Origin: an uncultured Pseudomonadota bacterium
Lineage (GTDB): Bacteria > Pseudomonadota > Gammaproteobacteria > Steroidobacterales > Steroidobacteraceae
Reading direction: 5' to 3'
DNA: 64,000 nucleotides
NCBI GenBank assembly: GCA_963748985.1
Contig: CAVVKQ010000013.1
Location: forward strand, 6,830 to 70,829
Shown here one piece after another: positions 47,026 to 55,954 of the stretch; positions within the stretch are counted from its first letter, which is position 1; each line of letters begins with the position of its first letter. The position numbers and the translations under genes are program-made. The notes under the pieces are model-generated. The model saw only the letters and a program-made list of their open reading frames with translations. It was not told the DNA's origin and did no database searches.

Positions 47026-47080
47026 TTGACTGGGGATAAGGTCGTAATCATACTCCGCAGTAAGATTCTACTCAACAGTA
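47026..47080 (+). promoter_or_regulatory. Candidate icmF promoter (TTGACT-N17-CATACT) overlapped by two tandem TACTCnnCAGTA operator-like half-palindromes
   Basis: TTGACT at 47026-47031 and CATACT at 47049-47054. TACTCCGCAGTA at 47051-47062 (10/12 self-complementary) and TACTCAACAGTA at 47069-47080, centres 18 bp apart, in the tetR / icmF divergent region. Confidence 0.4.
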
Positions 47081-47113
47081 ACTTCTGGCCGGGTACGCCC
47101 GGCGGCTGGAGCA

Positions 47114-50100
47114 ATGCAGATGTCCGCATCCTCGACTGTCCGCCGTGAAGGTGACTCGCAACAGGCGGCCGGAGCGACGGCCGAGGCTGCTCCGCTGCGG
47201 TTCGTGAGCGCAGCTTCGCTCTTCGACGGTCACGACGCCGCAATCAACATCATCCGGCGGTTGCTGCAGGCCCACGGCGCCGAAGTCGTGCACCTGGGGC
47301 ACAACCGCAGCGTCGCCGACATCGTGCGTGCGGCCCTGCAGGAAGACGCGGACGGCATCGCGTGCAGTTCCTACCAGGGCGGCCACGTCGAGTATTTCAA
47401 GTACATGGTCGACATGTTGAAGGATCTCGGTGCGCCGCACGTCCGCATCATCGTGGGCGGCGGCGGCACGATCGCGCCGCACGAAATCGAGGAACTCGAA
47501 GCCTACGGCGTCGAGCGCATCTACACGCCCGAGGACGGCCGCAGGCTCGGCCTCGACGGCATGATCGACGACGTGTTCGCGCGCGTGCGCAAGGCAGCGC
47601 GTCCGGGCTTCGAGTTCGGGCCGGTCGGGCCGCGCGACCACCAGCAGATCGCACGCACGATCTCCGCGCTCGAGCGCGGGGAGGCCGATGCGCCGTTCAG
47701 TGAAACCCTGCGCCGCGCCGTTTCGCGCAGCGCGAAGCGGACGCCAGTGGTGGGCATCACCGGCACCGGCGGTGCGGGCAAGTCGTCGCTGACCGACGAG
47801 CTGCTGCTGCGATTCGTGCGGCAGTTCCCTGATCGCAACATCGCCGTCGTCGCCATGGACCCGACGCGTCGCCGCAGTGGCGGCGCTTTGCTCGGCGACC
47901 GCATCCGCATGAACTCGCTCGCGGCCGAACAGGTGTTCATGCGCTCGCTCGCGACGCGGCGGCAGAACCTCGCAACCAGCGCAGTGCTGGCCGATGTCCT
48001 CCACCTGCTGCGGTACGCGAATTTCGACCTCGTTGTGGTCGAAACCGCCGGCATCGGCCAGAGCGACTCCGAGATCGTCGACCTGGTCGACGTGCCGCTG
48101 TACGTGATGACGAGTGAATACGGCGCGGCGAGCCAGCTCGAGAAGATCGACATGCTCGATTTCGCCGACCTGGTCGCGCTCAACAAGTTCGAGAAGCGTG
48201 GCGCCGAAGACGCGCTGCGCGACGTGCGCAAGCAGTGGCGCCGCAACCGCGTCGAGTTCAAGCGGCCCGACGACCAGGTGCCGGTGTTCCCGACCATTGC
48301 GAGCCGCTTCAACGATCCGGGCGTCAACCGCCTCTTTGCCGCACTCTGCGCACGGCTCGATGAAAAGGCAGGCGGCGACCGGCGCTGGACCGTCACGGAC
48401 CCGGGCCCGACCGAGTTGATCGCACGGCATGCGCTGGTGCCGGCTACGCGTTCTCGTTACCTGGCCGAGATTGCGACCAATGGCCGTCGCGCGCACGAGG
48501 CAGTCGAGCACCGTTCACTCGCCGCGAGCCGCGCACAGAGCCTGCACGAGGCCTTGCGCACTTTGGGCGACACGTCCGTACCCGAACCGCTGGAGCGCTA
48601 CGGCGCCACGGCGCTGGCAGACGGTGGCACCGATTCCGCGCTGCTGCGACTGCGGGCAGCCTACAACGATGCGCTCGAGGCGGTCGGCACCGATGGCCTC
48701 GCGCTGCTGCGGCAGTGGCCGACGATGGCGAAGTCGGCCACCGACGACCAGTTCACGTACACGGTCCGCGGCAAGGAAATCCGCGGCGACAACTATGTGC
48801 CGACGTTGAGCCACAACCGCGTGCCCAAGCTCGCGGTGCCCCGCTTCCGTGACTGGGGCGAACAGCTGACGTTCCTGATGAAGGAAAACCTGCCTGGTCA
48901 GTTTCCCTTTACCGCAGGCGTCTATCCGTATCGCCGCGAGGAAGAGGACCCGACCCGCATGTTCGCGGGCGAGGGTGGACCCGAGCGTACGAATCGGCGA
49001 TTTCACTACGTCGCGGGCGGGCATGGCGCCGCGCGCCTCTCGACGGCCTTCGATTCGACGACGCTGTACGGCGAGGATCCGGACGAGCGACCGGACATCT
49101 ACGGCCGCATCGGCAACTCCGGCGTGTCGATCGCGACGCTCGACGACATGAAGAAGCTCTACTCGGGTTTCGATCTCTGCGCCCCGACGACGTCCGTCTC
49201 GATGACGATCAACGGTCCGGCGCCGATGATCCTCGCGATGTTCATGAACACCGCGATCGACCAGCGCGTCGAGAAGCACCTGCGGGCCACGGGCCAGTGG
49301 GAGACGGCGGAGAAGAAGATCGCCGCCCTGTTCAAGGTCCGGCCGCGGCCGGTCTACAAGGGCGAACTGCCGCCGAATCATGACGGCTCGGGCCTCGGCC
49401 TGCTCGGCGTCACGGGCGATCAGTTGCTCGATGCCGGTACGTACCAGAAGATCCGCAAGGAGACGTTGTCGCTCGTGCGCGGCACGGTGCAGGCGGACAT
49501 CCTCAAGGAAGACCAGGCGCAGAACACCTGCATCTTTTCGACCGAGTTCGCGCTGCGCATGATGGGGGACGTGCAGCAGTTCTTCATTGACAACGACGTC
49601 CGCAATTTCTATTCGGTGTCGATCTCGGGTTATCACATCGCCGAAGCGGGCGCGAATCCGGTATCGCAGCTCGCGTTCACGCTCGCGAACGGTTTCACGA
49701 TCGCCGAGTACTACCTTGCGCGCGGCATGAAGATCGACGACTTCGCGCCGAACCTGTCGTTCTTCTTCTCGAACGGCATGGATCCAGAGTACGCGGTGAT
49801 CGGTCGCGTGGCTCGCCGCATCTGGGCGCGTGCGATGCGGGACCTTTATCGCGCGGGTCCGCGCTCGCAGATGCTGAAGTACCACATCCAGACGTCGGGC
49901 CGCAGCCTGCATGCGCAGGAGATCCAGTTCAACGACGTGCGCACGACGCTGCAGGCGCTCTACGCGTTGTTCGACAACTGCAACAGCCTGCACACCAATG
50001 CGTACGACGAAGCGATCACGACGCCGACGGAGGAGTCGGTACGCCGTGCGGTGGCGATCCAGTTGATCATCGGCAAGGAGCTCGGCCTCAACAAGACGCA

Positions 50101-50581
50101 GAACCCGTGGCAGGGGTCGTTTGCGATCGACCAGCTGACGGACCTGGTGGAGGAGGCCGTGTATCGCGAGTTCGACCGGATCTCGGAGCGCGGTGGCGTG
50201 CTCGGCGCGATGGAGACCATGTACCAGCGCGGCAAGATCCAGGAAGAGTCGCTGTATTACGAAACGCTGAAGCATGACGGCACGCTGCCGATCATCGGCG
50301 TCAACACGTACCTCGCGAAGGAAAGTTCGGGCGACGAGAACCGCAACGCCGAGCTGATCCGCTCGACCGAGGACGAGAAGCAGGACCAGGTCGCTGCGGT
50401 TCGCGCTTTTCTCGCTCGCAACGCGGAGCAGCGTCCGGCCGCGCTCGCACGGCTGCAGCAACAGGCGGCCACGGGTGGGAACGTGTTCGCCGAGTTGATG
50501 GAGGCAGTGAAGGTTGCGTCGCTCGGTTCGATCTCCAACGCGCTGTACCAGGTCGGCGGGCAGTACCGGCGCAGCATGTAA
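47114..50581 (+). CDS. icmF: Fused isobutyryl-CoA mutase IcmF (B12-binding domain + MeaB-like GTPase + mutase barrel)
   Basis: 1155 aa. B12 domain ..[13 protein letters not shown].., G-protein P-loop ..[13 protein letters not shown].., mutase region ..[18 protein letters not shown].., and end ..[10 protein letters not shown]. Confidence 0.92.
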   Translation: MQMSASSTVRREGDSQQAAGATAEAAPLRFVSAASLFDGHDAAINIIRRLLQAHGAEVVHLGHNRSVADIVRAALQEDADGIACSSYQGGHVEYFKYMVDMLKDLGAPHVRIIVGGGGTIAPHEIEELEAYGVERIYTPEDGRRLGLDGMIDDVFARVRKAARPGFEFGPVGPRDHQQIARTISALERGEADAPFSETLRRAVSRSAKRTPVVGITGTGGAGKSSLTDELLLRFVRQFPDRNIAVVAMDPTRRRSGGALLGDRIRMNSLAAEQVFMRSLATRRQNLATSAVLADVLHLLRYANFDLVVVETAGIGQSDSEIVDLVDVPLYVMTSEYGAASQLEKIDMLDFADLVALNKFEKRGAEDALRDVRKQWRRNRVEFKRPDDQVPVFPTIASRFNDPGVNRLFAALCARLDEKAGGDRRWTVTDPGPTELIARHALVPATRSRYLAEIATNGRRAHEAVEHRSLAASRAQSLHEALRTLGDTSVPEPLERYGATALADGGTDSALLRLRAAYNDALEAVGTDGLALLRQWPTMAKSATDDQFTYTVRGKEIRGDNYVPTLSHNRVPKLAVPRFRDWGEQLTFLMKENLPGQFPFTAGVYPYRREEEDPTRMFAGEGGPERTNRRFHYVAGGHGAARLSTAFDSTTLYGEDPDERPDIYGRIGNSGVSIATLDDMKKLYSGFDLCAPTTSVSMTINGPAPMILAMFMNTAIDQRVEKHLRATGQWETAEKKIAALFKVRPRPVYKGELPPNHDGSGLGLLGVTGDQLLDAGTYQKIRKETLSLVRGTVQADILKEDQAQNTCIFSTEFALRMMGDVQQFFIDNDVRNFYSVSISGYHIAEAGANPVSQLAFTLANGFTIAEYYLARGMKIDDFAPNLSFFFSNGMDPEYAVIGRVARRIWARAMRDLYRAGPRSQMLKYHIQTSGRSLHAQEIQFNDVRTTLQALYALFDNCNSLHTNAYDEAITTPTEESVRRAVAIQLIIGKELGLNKTQNPWQGSFAIDQLTDLVEEAVYREFDRISERGGVLGAMETMYQRGKIQEESLYYETLKHDGTLPIIGVNTYLAKESSGDENRNAELIRSTEDEKQDQVAAVRAFLARNAEQRPAALARLQQQAATGGNVFAELMEAVKVASLGSISNALYQVGGQYRRSM

Positions 50582-50622
50582 GCGCGGGGCGCGTTGGTCG
50601 ACGTTATTTAGGCGGCATTGAT

Positions 50623-50741
50623 CGGAGCCTCGGGGTCCGGATTCGTTCCGCGGGACGCCGTAAACCCGTCCATGGGGGCTCCGGCCGCGCCGTCCATGGC
50701 GCGGACGGCCCGCGCAACGAATCACGGACCCCGAGGCTCCG
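50623..50741. repeat. Nested-palindrome extragenic repeat, copy B (core in reverse orientation)
   Basis: Arms 50623-50652 (CGGAGCCTCGGGGTCCGGATTCGTTCCGCG) and 50711-50741, complementary with a few mismatches. Core 50653-50710; its reverse complement GGCCGTCCGCGCCATGGACGGCGCGGCCGGAGCCCCCATGGACGGGTTTACGGCGTCC matches copy A. Confidence 0.85.
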
Positions 50742-50775
50742 AGCCGCGCGCCATGCGCGCGGCCAAGCGCGCCCG

Positions 50776-50886
50776 CGCTTCCTTCCTTTGGGTTCCGGGG
50801 CCGGGCCGTCCGCGACATGGACGTCGCGGCGGAGCCCCATGGATGGGTTTACGCGTCCCGGCCCGGAACCCGAAGGAAGGAAGCCG
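50776..50886. repeat. Nested-palindrome extragenic repeat, copy C
   Basis: Arms CGCTTCCTTCCTTTGGGTTCCGGGGCCG (50776-50803) and CGGCCCGGAACCCGAAGGAAGGAAGCCG (50859-50886). Core 50804-50858: GGCCGTCCGCGACATGGACGTCGCGGCGGAGCCCCATGGATGGGTTTACGCGTCC. An additional 9-bp hairpin GCCGCGCGC-CAT-GCGCGCGGC lies at 50743-50763. Confidence 0.85.
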
Positions 50887-50941
50887 CGGGCGCAAACATG
50901 CTTCGCACCTCGCCATGCGCGATGCCAGGGTCCGGGGTCGA

Positions 50942-51784
50942 TTAGCGCGCGCGAGTCGGGGCGTGCGCCAGCACCGCGAGGTCCGGCTCCCCGAGCCGGA
51001 CGAGCATCGCGTCGCGCGCTGCGTCCCGCAGTTCGTCGGGCTCGCGACCAGCGCCATCGATCGACGGCATTATCTCGACGCGGATCGTGCCCGGCATCGG
51101 CACGATCGCGCCATTCGGCATCGAGCGACGCGTGCCAAGTATGACGGCCGGTACCAGCGGTACGCCGCCGCGAGCCGCAGCCACGAACGCGCCGATGTGA
51201 AACCGCTTGAGCCCGACCGCCGAGTCGAACGTGCCCTCGGGGAAGAACACGAGTGAGTGACCTTGCTCGGCGCGCTTCATCACCCGCCGCGCGCCACGCT
51301 GCCGGCCGCCGGCGGAGTGACGATCCACGAATTCCGATCCGATCCGCCGCAACAGGAATCCCATGACCGGCATGTCGGTCGCTTCGCGCTTGATCACGAA
51401 ACTGAATCGTGGCGGCAGGGCCGCCGCCATCACGACGCCGTCGAGGTAGCTCGAGTGATTCGCCACCAGCACGCACGAGCCCTGTGGCAGATGCTGGAGG
51501 CCGTCCAACCGCAGTCGCAGGCCGGCGAGAGCGAGCCAGATTCGCGCGAGTCCCCGCGTGGACGAACGGCGCCAGTGCAGCGACGGCAACAGCAAAGCGA
51601 GCAGCGCGGCCAATGACGTCACCAGCAACAGCAGCGACAATGAGTAAGCGCCGAAGACGAAGCGGAACAGCCAGCCCAGCACGCCGCCCGATCTCGGTGC
51701 GGCAAAACCGCTCACAGCGTCGGCAGTCGTGAGCACCGAGGTGCCGGCGGTCTTTTCGTCAGGGGCAGTGGATTTCGTGCGCAA
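50942..51784 (-). CDS. plsC: 1-acyl-sn-glycerol-3-phosphate (lysophospholipid) acyltransferase, PlsC family
   Basis: 280-aa ORF. HxxxxD motif ..VANHSSYLDG.. and ..VFFPEGT.. The annotated start is a TTG (51784) with no nearby ATG, so the start is uncertain. Confidence 0.8.
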   Translation of the reverse strand: MRTKSTAPDEKTAGTSVLTTADAVSGFAAPRSGGVLGWLFRFVFGAYSLSLLLLVTSLAALLALLLPSLHWRRSSTRGLARIWLALAGLRLRLDGLQHLPQGSCVLVANHSSYLDGVVMAAALPPRFSFVIKREATDMPVMGFLLRRIGSEFVDRHSAGGRQRGARRVMKRAEQGHSLVFFPEGTFDSAVGLKRFHIGAFVAAARGGVPLVPAVILGTRRSMPNGAIVPMPGTIRVEIMPSIDGAGREPDELRDAARDAMLVRLGEPDLAVLAHAPTRAR

Positions 51785-51865
51785 GCTCGCGGCAATCCTG
51801 GCGGCGATGGGGGAGACTCGTGGGCGGTGGACCCGACCGGGCCGCCAGTCTGACGGGACCCCGGC

Positions 51866-51894
51866 ATTCTGTGAATCAGTTCCAGTTATGTTAA
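51866..51894 (-). promoter_or_regulatory. Candidate sigma70 promoter for plsC in the only AT-rich patch of the plsC/xerD divergent region
   Basis: On the minus strand: TTAACA (plus-strand 51889-51894), 17 nt, then CAGAAT (plus-strand 51866-51871). Pattern match only. Confidence 0.3.
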
Positions 51895-51980
51895 TGGCAC
51901 CCCTTGAATTGTGAGAGGGGTCACGACGGGCGGCAGAAGGCGGCTCGCATACTGCGTGCTACGTAAAGCCGCGAGGTTCC

Positions 51981-52931
51981 ATGAGCACTGCAGTCAAGTC
52001 GAGCTTCCTGTCCCGATCGCGCACCAGCGGCGGCGAAGCATCCGAGGGGCCCGGTCCGATCGACCGGTTCCTCGATGCCGTGTGGATGGAACGCGGCTTG
52101 TCGCCAAACACGCTCGCTGCGTATCGGGCGGACCTCACCGCTCTCGACCGCTGGCTCGACGAGCACTCAGGCGACCTGGTGCACGCGCAGCGCGGCGACA
52201 TACTTGCGTTCATGGCTTCGCGAGTGCAGGCGGGCGCGCGACCCCGTTCGACCGCGCGCCAGCTCTCCAGCTTCCGCCGCTTTTACCGTTACCTGGTTCG
52301 TGAGGGCGCCTTGCGCGAGGACCCCACCGCGCAGATCGCGATGCCCAAGGTCGGCCGTTCGTTGCCGAAGTCACTCAGGGAGGAGGAAGTCGAGGCCCTG
52401 TTGGCCGCTCCAGCCGTGAGTGACCCGCTCGGGCATCGCGATCGGACCATGCTCGAGGTGCTGTATGCCACCGGGCTGCGCGTCTCCGAACTCGTGAACT
52501 GCTCGCTCGCGCAGGTGAACCTGAACCAGGGCGTGCTGCGCATCGTCGGCAAGGGCGACCGCGAGCGGCTGATCCCGCTTGGCGAGGAGGCGGTGCAGTG
52601 GGTGCAGCAGTTCCTGCAGGGTCCGCGCGTCGAGATCCTGCTCGAACGGCAGACCGATTACCTGTTCCCGACGCGTCGTGGCGACCGGATGACGCGTCAG
52701 GCTTTCTGGCACATCATCAAGCGCTATGCACGCAAGGCCGGCATCGAGCGTGAACTCTCGCCGCACACGCTGCGCCACGCATTCGCCACCCACCTGTTGA
52801 ACCATGGCGCAGACTTGCGCGTGGTGCAGATGCTGCTTGGCCACAGCGACTTGTCGACGACGCAGATCTACACGCACGTCGCCCGCGAACGACTCAAAGA
52901 ACTGCATTCCGAGCATCACCCGCGCGGCTGA
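51981..52931 (+). CDS. xerD: Tyrosine site-specific recombinase XerD
   Basis: 316 aa. ..FLDAVWMERGLSPNTLAAYRADL.., catalytic ..LYATGLRVSELV.., ..SPHTLRHAFATHLLNHGADLRVVQMLLGHSDLSTTQIYTHV.. Conserved xerD-dsbC synteny. Confidence 0.9.
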   Translation: MSTAVKSSFLSRSRTSGGEASEGPGPIDRFLDAVWMERGLSPNTLAAYRADLTALDRWLDEHSGDLVHAQRGDILAFMASRVQAGARPRSTARQLSSFRRFYRYLVREGALREDPTAQIAMPKVGRSLPKSLREEEVEALLAAPAVSDPLGHRDRTMLEVLYATGLRVSELVNCSLAQVNLNQGVLRIVGKGDRERLIPLGEEAVQWVQQFLQGPRVEILLERQTDYLFPTRRGDRMTRQAFWHIIKRYARKAGIERELSPHTLRHAFATHLLNHGADLRVVQMLLGHSDLSTTQIYTHVARERLKELHSEHHPRG

Positions 52932-53056
52932 CCGCCGTAAGGCTCTGCTAGACTCCGCCCGCCCCAGGGGACCGTCGGGTTGCGGGCGCGGGGAGTCACT
53001 GAACCTGCGGCCGTGGCGACTGTCCTAGAACCACCATTCCAGGGATAGAACGCCGC

Positions 53057-53893
53057 ATGCGCCGCCGCACCCCAGCTCGCCCGATTGCCGCCGCCTCGCT
53101 CATCGCTTCCGCCGCGGCATTGATTGCCCTCGCGCCGAATTCCAGCATTTTCGCGGCGACGGCCCAGAAGCCGACTCAGGCGGCCAACGCCAAACCGGCA
53201 GTGCCCGCTGCGCCGGCGGCCATCCCGGCCGACGTGCGTGCGCGCATCGTCGCGAATCTGCCGGGGGCGCAAGCGTCTGACGTCGCGGTTTCACCGATTC
53301 CCGGTCTCTATGAAGTGGCGATGGGTGGGTTGATCGTCTACGTCAGCTCCGACGGCAAATACCTGCTGAGCGGCAATGTCTACGACCTCGATACGCAGGT
53401 GAACCTCACGGCCTCGCGTCGCAACTCGGCGCGTGCCAAGGCGCTGGCGGCGGCGTCCGAAAGCAACATGATCGTGTTCGGGCCTGCCAACGCGAAGATG
53501 ACGGTCACGGTATTCACGGACATCGACTGCGGCTACTGCCGCAAATTCCATAGCCAGATCGCCGATGTGAACAAGGCCGGCGTGCGTGTTCGCTACATGT
53601 TCTTTCCGCGCACCGGTCCTGCCACGGAATCCTGGACCAAGGCCGAACAGGTCTGGTGCGCCGCGGACCGCCGCGAGGCACTCACGCGGGCCAAGAAGGG
53701 CGACACGGTCAAGGGCAAGACCTGCGGCGACGCCGCGGTCAAATCGCAATACGAGCTGGGCTCGGACCTCGGCGTGGAAGGCACGCCCGCGATCTTCACG
53801 CAAACCGGCGATTACATCGGCGGCTACGTAACGCCGGCCGAGCTGGTGCAGGCGATCCAGGAGTCGCAGAAGGCGGCGGTCGCTGCCCGCTGA
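53057..53893 (+). CDS. dsbC: Thiol:disulfide interchange protein DsbC
   Basis: 278 aa. Signal peptide, dimerisation region ..SPIPGLYEV.., and thioredoxin motif ..FTDIDCGYCRKFH.. Confidence 0.88.
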   Translation: MRRRTPARPIAAASLIASAAALIALAPNSSIFAATAQKPTQAANAKPAVPAAPAAIPADVRARIVANLPGAQASDVAVSPIPGLYEVAMGGLIVYVSSDGKYLLSGNVYDLDTQVNLTASRRNSARAKALAAASESNMIVFGPANAKMTVTVFTDIDCGYCRKFHSQIADVNKAGVRVRYMFFPRTGPATESWTKAEQVWCAADRREALTRAKKGDTVKGKTCGDAAVKSQYELGSDLGVEGTPAIFTQTGDYIGGYVTPAELVQAIQESQKAAVAAR

Positions 53894-53905
53894 TCTTTAG
53901 TCCGC

Positions 53906-54229
53906 TCAGCGTTCGAGGTAGCCCAGCTTGCCGGGGCGACCGTCCCATTCCTTGGCGTCGTCGGGCGCGTCCTTCTTTTCGGTGATCACCGGCCACTGCC
54001 TGGCGAGGTCGGCATTCAGCTTGCGGAAATCCTGCTGGCCGTCCGGCAGTTCCTCTTCCGAAAAAATCGCCTCCGCCGGGCACTCCGGCTCGCACAGCGT
54101 GCAGTCGATGCACTCGTCCGGGTCGATCACCAGCATGTTCGGACCTTCGTGGAAGCAGTCCACCGGGCAGACTTCCACACAGTCCATGTACTTGCACTTG
54201 ATGCAGTTTTCCGTGACGACAAAGGTCAT
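53906..54229 (-). CDS. fdxA: 7Fe ferredoxin (FdxA type)
   Basis: 107 aa. [45 protein letters not shown].. is the classic [3Fe-4S][4Fe-4S] pattern. Confidence 0.92.
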   Translation of the reverse strand: MTFVVTENCIKCKYMDCVEVCPVDCFHEGPNMLVIDPDECIDCTLCEPECPAEAIFSEEELPDGQQDFRKLNADLARQWPVITEKKDAPDDAKEWDGRPGKLGYLER

Positions 54230-54274
54230 CGGGGCGCTCCGGACGATGGCAGGTGACGAAAAAGGCGACAGTAC

Positions 54275-54322
54275 GCGGCGGCGCGGGCTGGCGGGCGGCG
54301 TATTCTGCCAAAGCGCCGCCGC
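54275..54322 (-). terminator. Possible terminator hairpin downstream of the NUDIX gene
   Basis: 10-bp inverted repeat GCGGCGGCGC (54275-54284) / GCGCCGCCGC (54313-54322). On the minus strand a TTTTT run follows about 10 nt later. Non-canonical: long loop, spaced U-tract. Confidence 0.3.
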
Positions 54323-54337
54323 AGCGCAAAATGAATC

Positions 54338-54889
54338 CTACTTAACACCGCCGCTCCTGCGGTAGTCGAGCGCGGTGAGGTGGTGGTCCTCGACACCGCG
54401 CCGACGATCGTCGAAATAGTGGCGCAGGGCGAATTCCACGCTGCGGAAGGCGATGTCCTGCCACGGAATCTCGTCCTCGCCGTACAGCCCCACCTCCAGG
54501 CTCTCCGGACTCGGGCCGAAACTCGGTTGGGCCAACTTGGCGCGAAACATCACGTGCACCTGGTCCGCATGCAGCACGTGCACCACTGCCAGCAGCGAAC
54601 CGATCTCCACCTCGGCCTGCGCTTCTTCGAACGACTCGCGCCGAGCGCCTTCCTGGGTCGTCTCGCCGTTCTCCATGAAACCGGCAGGGATCGTCCAGAA
54701 GCCGAGCCGCGGCTCGATCGCGCGCCGGCACAGCAGGATGCGGCCTTCATGCTCGGGCACGCAGCCGACGATCAGTTTGGGGTTCTGGTAGTGGACGACA
54801 CCGCAGGCATCGCACACGTGGCGGGCGAAGTGGTCGCCTTCGGGCGTGCGGAGCGAGACCGTGTTGCCGCAGGCTGAGCAGAACTTCAT
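54338..54889 (-). CDS. NUDIX hydrolase with N-terminal zinc ribbon
   Basis: 183 aa. CSACG..CDACG ribbon, and Nudix box ..GFMENGETTQEGARRESFEEA.. Confidence 0.88.
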   Translation of the reverse strand: MKFCSACGNTVSLRTPEGDHFARHVCDACGVVHYQNPKLIVGCVPEHEGRILLCRRAIEPRLGFWTIPAGFMENGETTQEGARRESFEEAQAEVEIGSLLAVVHVLHADQVHVMFRAKLAQPSFGPSPESLEVGLYGEDEIPWQDIAFRSVEFALRHYFDDRRRGVEDHHLTALDYRRSGGVK

Positions 54890-54891
54890 GA

Positions 54892-54923
54892 AAAGGGGCT
54901 AGGGGATAGGGGTTGGGGGATAG
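54892..54923. repeat. Solo copy of the GGGG(T/C)TA/GGGGATA repeat arm (same family as 27605-27799), wedged between the tRNA-Leu 3' end and the NUDIX start codon
   Basis: AAAGGGGCTAGGGGATAGGGGTTGGGGGATAG differs from the left arm at 27607-27638 by two substitutions. No inverted partner is present nearby. Confidence 0.8.
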
Positions 54924-55011
54924 TGGTGCCGGGAGAGGGAATCGAACCCTCACGAGTGATTAGCTCGCCGGATTTTGAGTCCGGTGCGTCTACCAGTTCC
55001 GCCATCCCGGC
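54924..55011 (-). tRNA. tRNA-Leu (anticodon CAA), class II with long variable arm
   Basis: Reverse complement: GCCGGGATGGCGGAACTGGTAGACGCACCGGACTCAAAATCCGGCGAGCTAATCACTCGTGAGGGTTCGATTCCCTCTCCCGGCACCA. Anticodon stem CCGGA/TCCGG with loop CTCAAAA, T arm GAGGG-TTCGATT-CCCTC, and encoded CCA. Confidence 0.9.
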
Positions 55012-55054
55012 AAGGGGGCGCAGCTTACCCGATAGGGCTTGCCGGTGGTAAAAG

Positions 55055-55069
55055 ATATGATAATCATAT
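55055..55069. promoter_or_regulatory. AT-rich perfect palindrome ATATGAT-A-ATCATAT (tRNA-Leu promoter region and/or operator; core TGATAATCAT shared with Fur boxes)
   Basis: Read directly. It lies in a ~40-nt AT-rich island (55046-55085) of an otherwise GC-rich region, 44 nt upstream of the tRNA-Leu 5' end and ~135 nt upstream of the YkuD-like gene. Confidence 0.3.
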
Positions 55070-55201
55070 AGTTATCTACACTTCCAGGTTGTGAGGCCAC
55101 GACTTCCGTGCCCGCTGACCGGAACTCGGTAGACTGTCGGCGGTCCTATGGCTCGCGTCGCCCTTGGGCGGCCGTCCCCTCCCGAGGAGACCGACCGAAG
55201 C

Positions 55202-55930
55202 ATGCGACGTTGCCTTTCCCACGGCCTGGCCACCTTCCTGGCGCTGCTGACGACCGCTCTGGTCGCCCCGGGCGCCATCGCGGCGCAATCCGTCCTGGCC
55301 GACAAACTGGCTGCCGAGGCTCCCAGGGCCAACCCCAAAGTGCTCGCCCTTGCGGCCCGCGCTGCCGAATGCGCGCGCAAGCAGGGTGTGCTCGACGGCT
55401 TCCGTCACCTTGCCGTTATCGATTACTCGTTGCCATCCACGCAGCCTCGCCTCTGGGTCTTCGACCTCGAGCGCGGCCGGCTGATGTTCCAGGAACTGGT
55501 CGCGCACGGCCGCAACACGGGTGACGCGAAAGCCGAACGCTTCTCCAACACCGAAGGCAGCCACATGTCGAGCATCGGGCTCTTCAAGACGCTGGAGCCT
55601 TACTACGGCAGCAATGGTTACTCGCTGCGGCTCTCGGGCCTCGATCCCGGTTTCAACGACAACGCACTCGCGCGCGCGATCGTCATGCACGGCGCGCCCT
55701 ACGTCAGCGAGGCCATCGCCGAGCGACTTGGCCGGCTCGGTCGCAGTTGGGGTTGCCCGGCGCTGCGTCCCGAAATCGCTCGCACCGTCATCGACACGTT
55801 GAAGGGCGGTGCGCTGCTGTTCGCCTATTACCCAGACCGAAAATGGCTTGCCGAGTCGCCGTATTTCCAGTGCGACGCCCCACCGGCAAGGGTGGTTACT
55901 TCGGCGTCGCAGCATTCGAACTCGGGCTGA
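55202..55930 (+). CDS. L,D-transpeptidase catalytic-domain protein (YkuD_2-like), exported
   Basis: ORF 55148..55930, trimmed to ATG 55202 (SD GAGGAG at 55184-55189). Signal MRRCLSHGLATFLALLTTALVAPGAIAA. Catalytic region ..VAHGRNTG.., ..IVMHGAPYV.., ..GRSWGCPAL.. Confidence 0.8.
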   Translation: MRRCLSHGLATFLALLTTALVAPGAIAAQSVLADKLAAEAPRANPKVLALAARAAECARKQGVLDGFRHLAVIDYSLPSTQPRLWVFDLERGRLMFQELVAHGRNTGDAKAERFSNTEGSHMSSIGLFKTLEPYYGSNGYSLRLSGLDPGFNDNALARAIVMHGAPYVSEAIAERLGRLGRSWGCPALRPEIARTVIDTLKGGALLFAYYPDRKWLAESPYFQCDAPPARVVTSASQHSNSG

Positions 55931-55954
55931 CGGCGCGATCGGGCGCCGGCCTGC

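Noticed and set aside
51869-51896. A dif-like sequence next to xerD: TTATGTTAAT (51886-51895) matches the XerD-binding arm of the dif consensus TTATGTTAAAT.
   Set aside because: The 11 nt in the XerC-arm position (CTGTGAATCAG) and the 6-nt spacer (TTCCAG) do not resemble GGTGCGCATAA/TGTATA, so only a half-site is present. The same AT-rich patch is adequately explained as a plsC promoter (TTAACA-N17-CAGAAT on the minus strand). A real dif would be expected at the terminus, not beside xerD.
51895-51912. A sigma54-like TGGCAC hexamer upstream of xerD.
   Set aside because: No TTGC(A/T) element lies at the required 5-nt spacing (TGGCAC-CCCTT-GAAT), so it does not fit the -24/-12 consensus.
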